Of a DNA stretch of 64,000 nt, positions 60,964 to 64,000 are shown piece after piece. The notes under the pieces were generated by a model that searched no databases, had not been told where the DNA came from, and was given only the letters and a program-made list of their open reading frames with translations. The stretch comes from Alphaproteobacteria bacterium. Its GTDB lineage: Bacteria > Pseudomonadota > Alphaproteobacteria > MPNO01 > UBA830. The stretch is from positions 5,984,001 through 6,048,000 of the forward strand of contig OZ251539.1 of assembly GCA_965243135.1 (NCBI GenBank). Direction: 5' to 3'. The translations under genes and the position numbers were made by a program. Every line of letters begins with the position of its first letter. Position 1 is the first letter of the stretch.

Positions 60964-62196
60964 TCATGCAAGGCGCGGTTGCCGGCCGCCGGTGCGCAGC
61001 AGAAGCAGCGTCACAAGCCCGATGTTCAGAAAGTTCCAGGCGATGCCGTTAATGAACGCTGCCTGGTACGAAGCCGTGAGATCGTAGATCCAGCCCGATA
61101 CCCAGCCGCCGAGCGCCATGCCGACGATGGTCGCCATGATGAGGATTCCGACGCGCTCGCCGGCGACTCGCGCTGGCATGTATTCGCGGACGATGATCGC
61201 GTAGCTCGGAACGATCCCGCCCTGCGCGAGGCCGAACGCCAGCGAGACGACGTAGAGCGAGGTAAGGCCGTCGAACGGAAGGTACAGAAACAGTGCGACG
61301 CACTGCATCGCCGATCCGAGAAGCAGGGTCCTCGCGCCGCCGATCCGGTCGGCCAGAAGGCCCGAGACGATTCTGCTGACGGCGCCGCCCGCCAGCATCA
61401 GCGACAGCATCTCCGCGCCGCGGGCGACGCCGTAACCGAGGTCTCCGCAATAGGCGACGATATGCACCTGCGGCATCGACATCGCGACGCAACAGCCGAT
61501 GCCCGCGATGGCGAGCAGAACGATCAGGCTCCGCTGGGAAAGCGCGACCGTCTTCAGGCCCGAAAGGCCGCCGCCTCCGGCGGCTGCGTGATCCTCCAGC
61601 GGCGGACGCCTGCGAAGAAGGAGGGCGAGCGGCACCATGGCGAGACAGATGATGCCGATGGCGACGTAGGCCGCCCGCCAGTCCGCGAAGTCGAGAACGA
61701 ACCGGATGAACAGGGGCCAGACGACGCCCCCGAAATAGTTCCCGCAGGCGGTCAGGGCGACTGCGATCCCGCGGCGCTTGCGGAACCAGTGCGAGACGTC
61801 GGCGATCAGCGGTCCGAACGTTCCGGCCGTTCCGATCCCGATAAGGATTCCCTGAATCAGCGCGAACTGCCAGATGGAATCCGCCATCGCCGCCAAAATG
61901 AAACCTGCGGCCAGGGCGAAAGCGGTGACTATCAGCGGAAGAACGATTCCAAGGCGGTCGACGTAGCGGCCGATGATGAGATTGCCGAAGGCGAAGCCGG
62001 CCATTGTCAACGTATAGGGAAGCGAGGCGCTTGATCGCTCGACGCCGAACTCGTTCTGGACCGCCGGCAGGACGACGACCACGGCCCAGAATCCGACGCT
62101 GCCGATCGTTCCCAAAAGCATCGATACGGCGAGGCGCAACCGGGCGTAACGCCCGTCCGGAGAACCGGGGCCGAGTCGGCGGGATGCCGCTGTCAC
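60964..62196 (-). CDS. MFS transporter
   Basis: GRYVDRLG, SHWFRKRRGIA, GLLADRIG, GWIYDLTASY; start approximate. Confidence 0.9.
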   Translation of the reverse strand: MTAASRRLGPGSPDGRYARLRLAVSMLLGTIGSVGFWAVVVVLPAVQNEFGVERSSASLPYTLTMAGFAFGNLIIGRYVDRLGIVLPLIVTAFALAAGFILAAMADSIWQFALIQGILIGIGTAGTFGPLIADVSHWFRKRRGIAVALTACGNYFGGVVWPLFIRFVLDFADWRAAYVAIGIICLAMVPLALLLRRRPPLEDHAAAGGGGLSGLKTVALSQRSLIVLLAIAGIGCCVAMSMPQVHIVAYCGDLGYGVARGAEMLSLMLAGGAVSRIVSGLLADRIGGARTLLLGSAMQCVALFLYLPFDGLTSLYVVSLAFGLAQGGIVPSYAIIVREYMPARVAGERVGILIMATIVGMALGGWVSGWIYDLTASYQAAFINGIAWNFLNIGLVTLLLLRTGGRQPRLA

Positions 62197-62430
62197 GGCC
62201 GCTCCCCGTGCAGAGCGAGAATAGGCTCTTTTTCGTTATGGGCTTCAGTCTGGGCTTCCGTCTGCGGGGCAGGGCGCTTCCACGCGCCGGTCGGAACGTA
62301 CTGGGCGCGCGGCCGTAAGCGGTCACGCCGTCCGGAACGCGCGGAAGAACAGGCGGGCCGATCCGGTCTGGGCTGACGGTGCGTCTCTGCGCAGAAGAAG
62401 GTCACTGAACGATGCTGCTGGAGGATGCCG

Positions 62431-63663
62431 TTACGGCCGCGCCTTTCCGGCCGCCGCCTCCTGTTCCCGGCTCCAGCGTTCCACGGGAGTGTCGTCGATG
62501 CTCCAGTGAATCAGAGCGGCGATGCCGCCGAGAGCGATCGCGAGCCACCATCCTGCGTCGTAGGTGCCATAGAGATCGTAAAAGTAGCCGCCGAGATAGA
62601 TGCCCATGAAACTGCCGACCTGGTGGCTGAAGAATACGATCGCGAAGAGCGTGGCCATGTAACGGGGGCCGAATACCTTGGCGACGATGCCCATGGTGAG
62701 CGGCGCCGTCGACAGCCACAGCAATCCGAAGATGGAGGCGAATCCGAGAACCGTGATCTCGTTGACGGGCAGCATGATGAATACGAGGAACAATATGCCG
62801 CGGGAGAGGTACAGGAGGCTCAGCAGGTTCTTCATCCGCCACCGCGATCCCATCCAGCCGGCGGCGATCGTTCCGAAGATGTTGAACAGCCCGATCGCCC
62901 CGAGGGCCCAGGCGGCGAGCCAGGGATTGGCGCCCGCGTCTTCGAGAAAGCCCGGCAGGTGAGTGCCGACGAACTGGATCTGGAAGCCGCAGACGAAGAA
63001 CCCGGCGACCAGAAGAAGGTAGCCGCGATGCTGGCTGGCTTCGCGAAGAGCCGACGACAGACTCTGGTGATCCGGCCTTGCGAGAGTGGCCGCGCTGCCG
63101 GCCTGCATCGACAGCGTCAGCGGGACGCATACCGCGACGATGATTCCGAGCACGACGATTCCGTCGGACCAGCCGAAAGCGCTTATCAGTCCGGCGTTGG
63201 TCGGCGCGAAAACGAATTGTCCGGCGGAGCCGCCGGCGGTGACGATGCCGAGCCACAGGCTTCGCCTCTTGTCGGACGCGACCCGCCCGACAAGGGCGAG
63301 CGGCAGGGTGAAGCCGATGCCCGAAGCCCCGAGGCCCACGATAAGGCCTGCCGACAGCGTCATCGCCTCGGGCGACGTGGAGACCGATATCAGCGCGACG
63401 CCGACGGCGTAGAGGGCGCCGGACAGCGCGATTATGCGAATCGGACCCAGCCGGTCGCCGAGAGCGGCCACGAAGGGAGCGGCGGCGCCCATGGTGAAGT
63501 TCTGTATGGCGATGGCGAACGAGAATTCGCTGCGTCCCCAGCCCAGATCCTGGCTGAGCGGCACCAGGAACAGGCCGAAATTCTGGCGCGAGCCGTTCGC
63601 GATCAGGAGGAGCGCCGTTGCGGCGAACAGGACATAAAACGGCGTGCGCCAGAACGGCGTCAT
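62431..63663 (-). CDS. MFS transporter
   Basis: RQNFGLFL, AIAIQN, LGDRLG, GFFVCGFQ, WLSTAPLT, FFSHQVGSF. Confidence 0.92.
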   Translation of the reverse strand: MTPFWRTPFYVLFAATALLLIANGSRQNFGLFLVPLSQDLGWGRSEFSFAIAIQNFTMGAAAPFVAALGDRLGPIRIIALSGALYAVGVALISVSTSPEAMTLSAGLIVGLGASGIGFTLPLALVGRVASDKRRSLWLGIVTAGGSAGQFVFAPTNAGLISAFGWSDGIVVLGIIVAVCVPLTLSMQAGSAATLARPDHQSLSSALREASQHRGYLLLVAGFFVCGFQIQFVGTHLPGFLEDAGANPWLAAWALGAIGLFNIFGTIAAGWMGSRWRMKNLLSLLYLSRGILFLVFIMLPVNEITVLGFASIFGLLWLSTAPLTMGIVAKVFGPRYMATLFAIVFFSHQVGSFMGIYLGGYFYDLYGTYDAGWWLAIALGGIAALIHWSIDDTPVERWSREQEAAAGKARP

Positions 63664-63949
63664 TGCGAAACTCCACGGGATTGCCGAACTCCATCATAGC
63701 ACGCGGCGGCGTTTCCGGGAGAGATGGCGGAGTGGCCGCCGGGCGAGGCGGGCAACGCTCCGGAAGGCGGGCGGAGTTCGGGACCGGACGGGAACATTGC
63801 CGGCAAGACGCCTCGCCGTCTCCGTTCGCGGACGGCGCGGCGGATAGGCGAGAGTCCCGGAAGGGCGGGAATCAGGGTATAAATTCCGCGGTCTCGACGG
63901 TCCGGCCCGTGTGTCGGTTGCGAGACCGTAGATCGAGAAGGGAACGGCC

Positions 63950-64000
63950 ATGTGGGGCTGGAGGGCGCTGAAGATACTGCTTCACTTGGCTGCGCTTGCC
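63950..64000 (+). CDS. Possible start of a secreted/membrane protein (3'-truncated by window edge)
   Basis: GAAGGGA RBS then ATG; MWGWRALKILLHLAALA. Confidence 0.4.
   Translation, partial: MWGWRALKILLHLAALA

Overview
GC-rich (roughly two-thirds G+C by eye) chromosomal segment, most likely alphaproteobacterial (Rhodospirillales-like gene content: ialB-rlmN-argG, yccA, FIST, folD-yggT). About 60 real genes; most long ORFs in the six-frame track are shadow ORFs. Housekeeping genes: mnmA, cysE-cysK, pntAB, secA, rlmN, argG, folD, tRNA-Ala(CGC). There are many transporters (RND, three EamA/DMT, ABC, TRAP, three MFS) and dispersed aromatic-catabolism genes (ligJ-like hydratase, LigAB-type extradiol dioxygenase, glutamine-synthetase-like ligase plus Rieske alpha/beta). 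Best observations: (1) an RND periplasmic adaptor with three near-identical 68-aa EF-hand-pair repeats; (2) a BCP-type peroxiredoxin split in the ORF track whose catalytic Cys codon is an in-frame TGA followed by a SECIS-like hairpin (probable selenoprotein); (3) a four-gene DUF1538-DUF1538-PII-like-CBS operon of unknown function; (4) an aniline-dioxygenase-like gamma-glutamylation module lacking reductase and amidotransferase, coupled to oligopeptidase B; (5) two decaying lower-GC ATPase loci bracketing a dioxygenase-hydrolase-sirtuin operon; (6) a duplicated non-coding element plus integrase remnant around an orphan gene. All calls come from motif recognition by eye; no searches were run.
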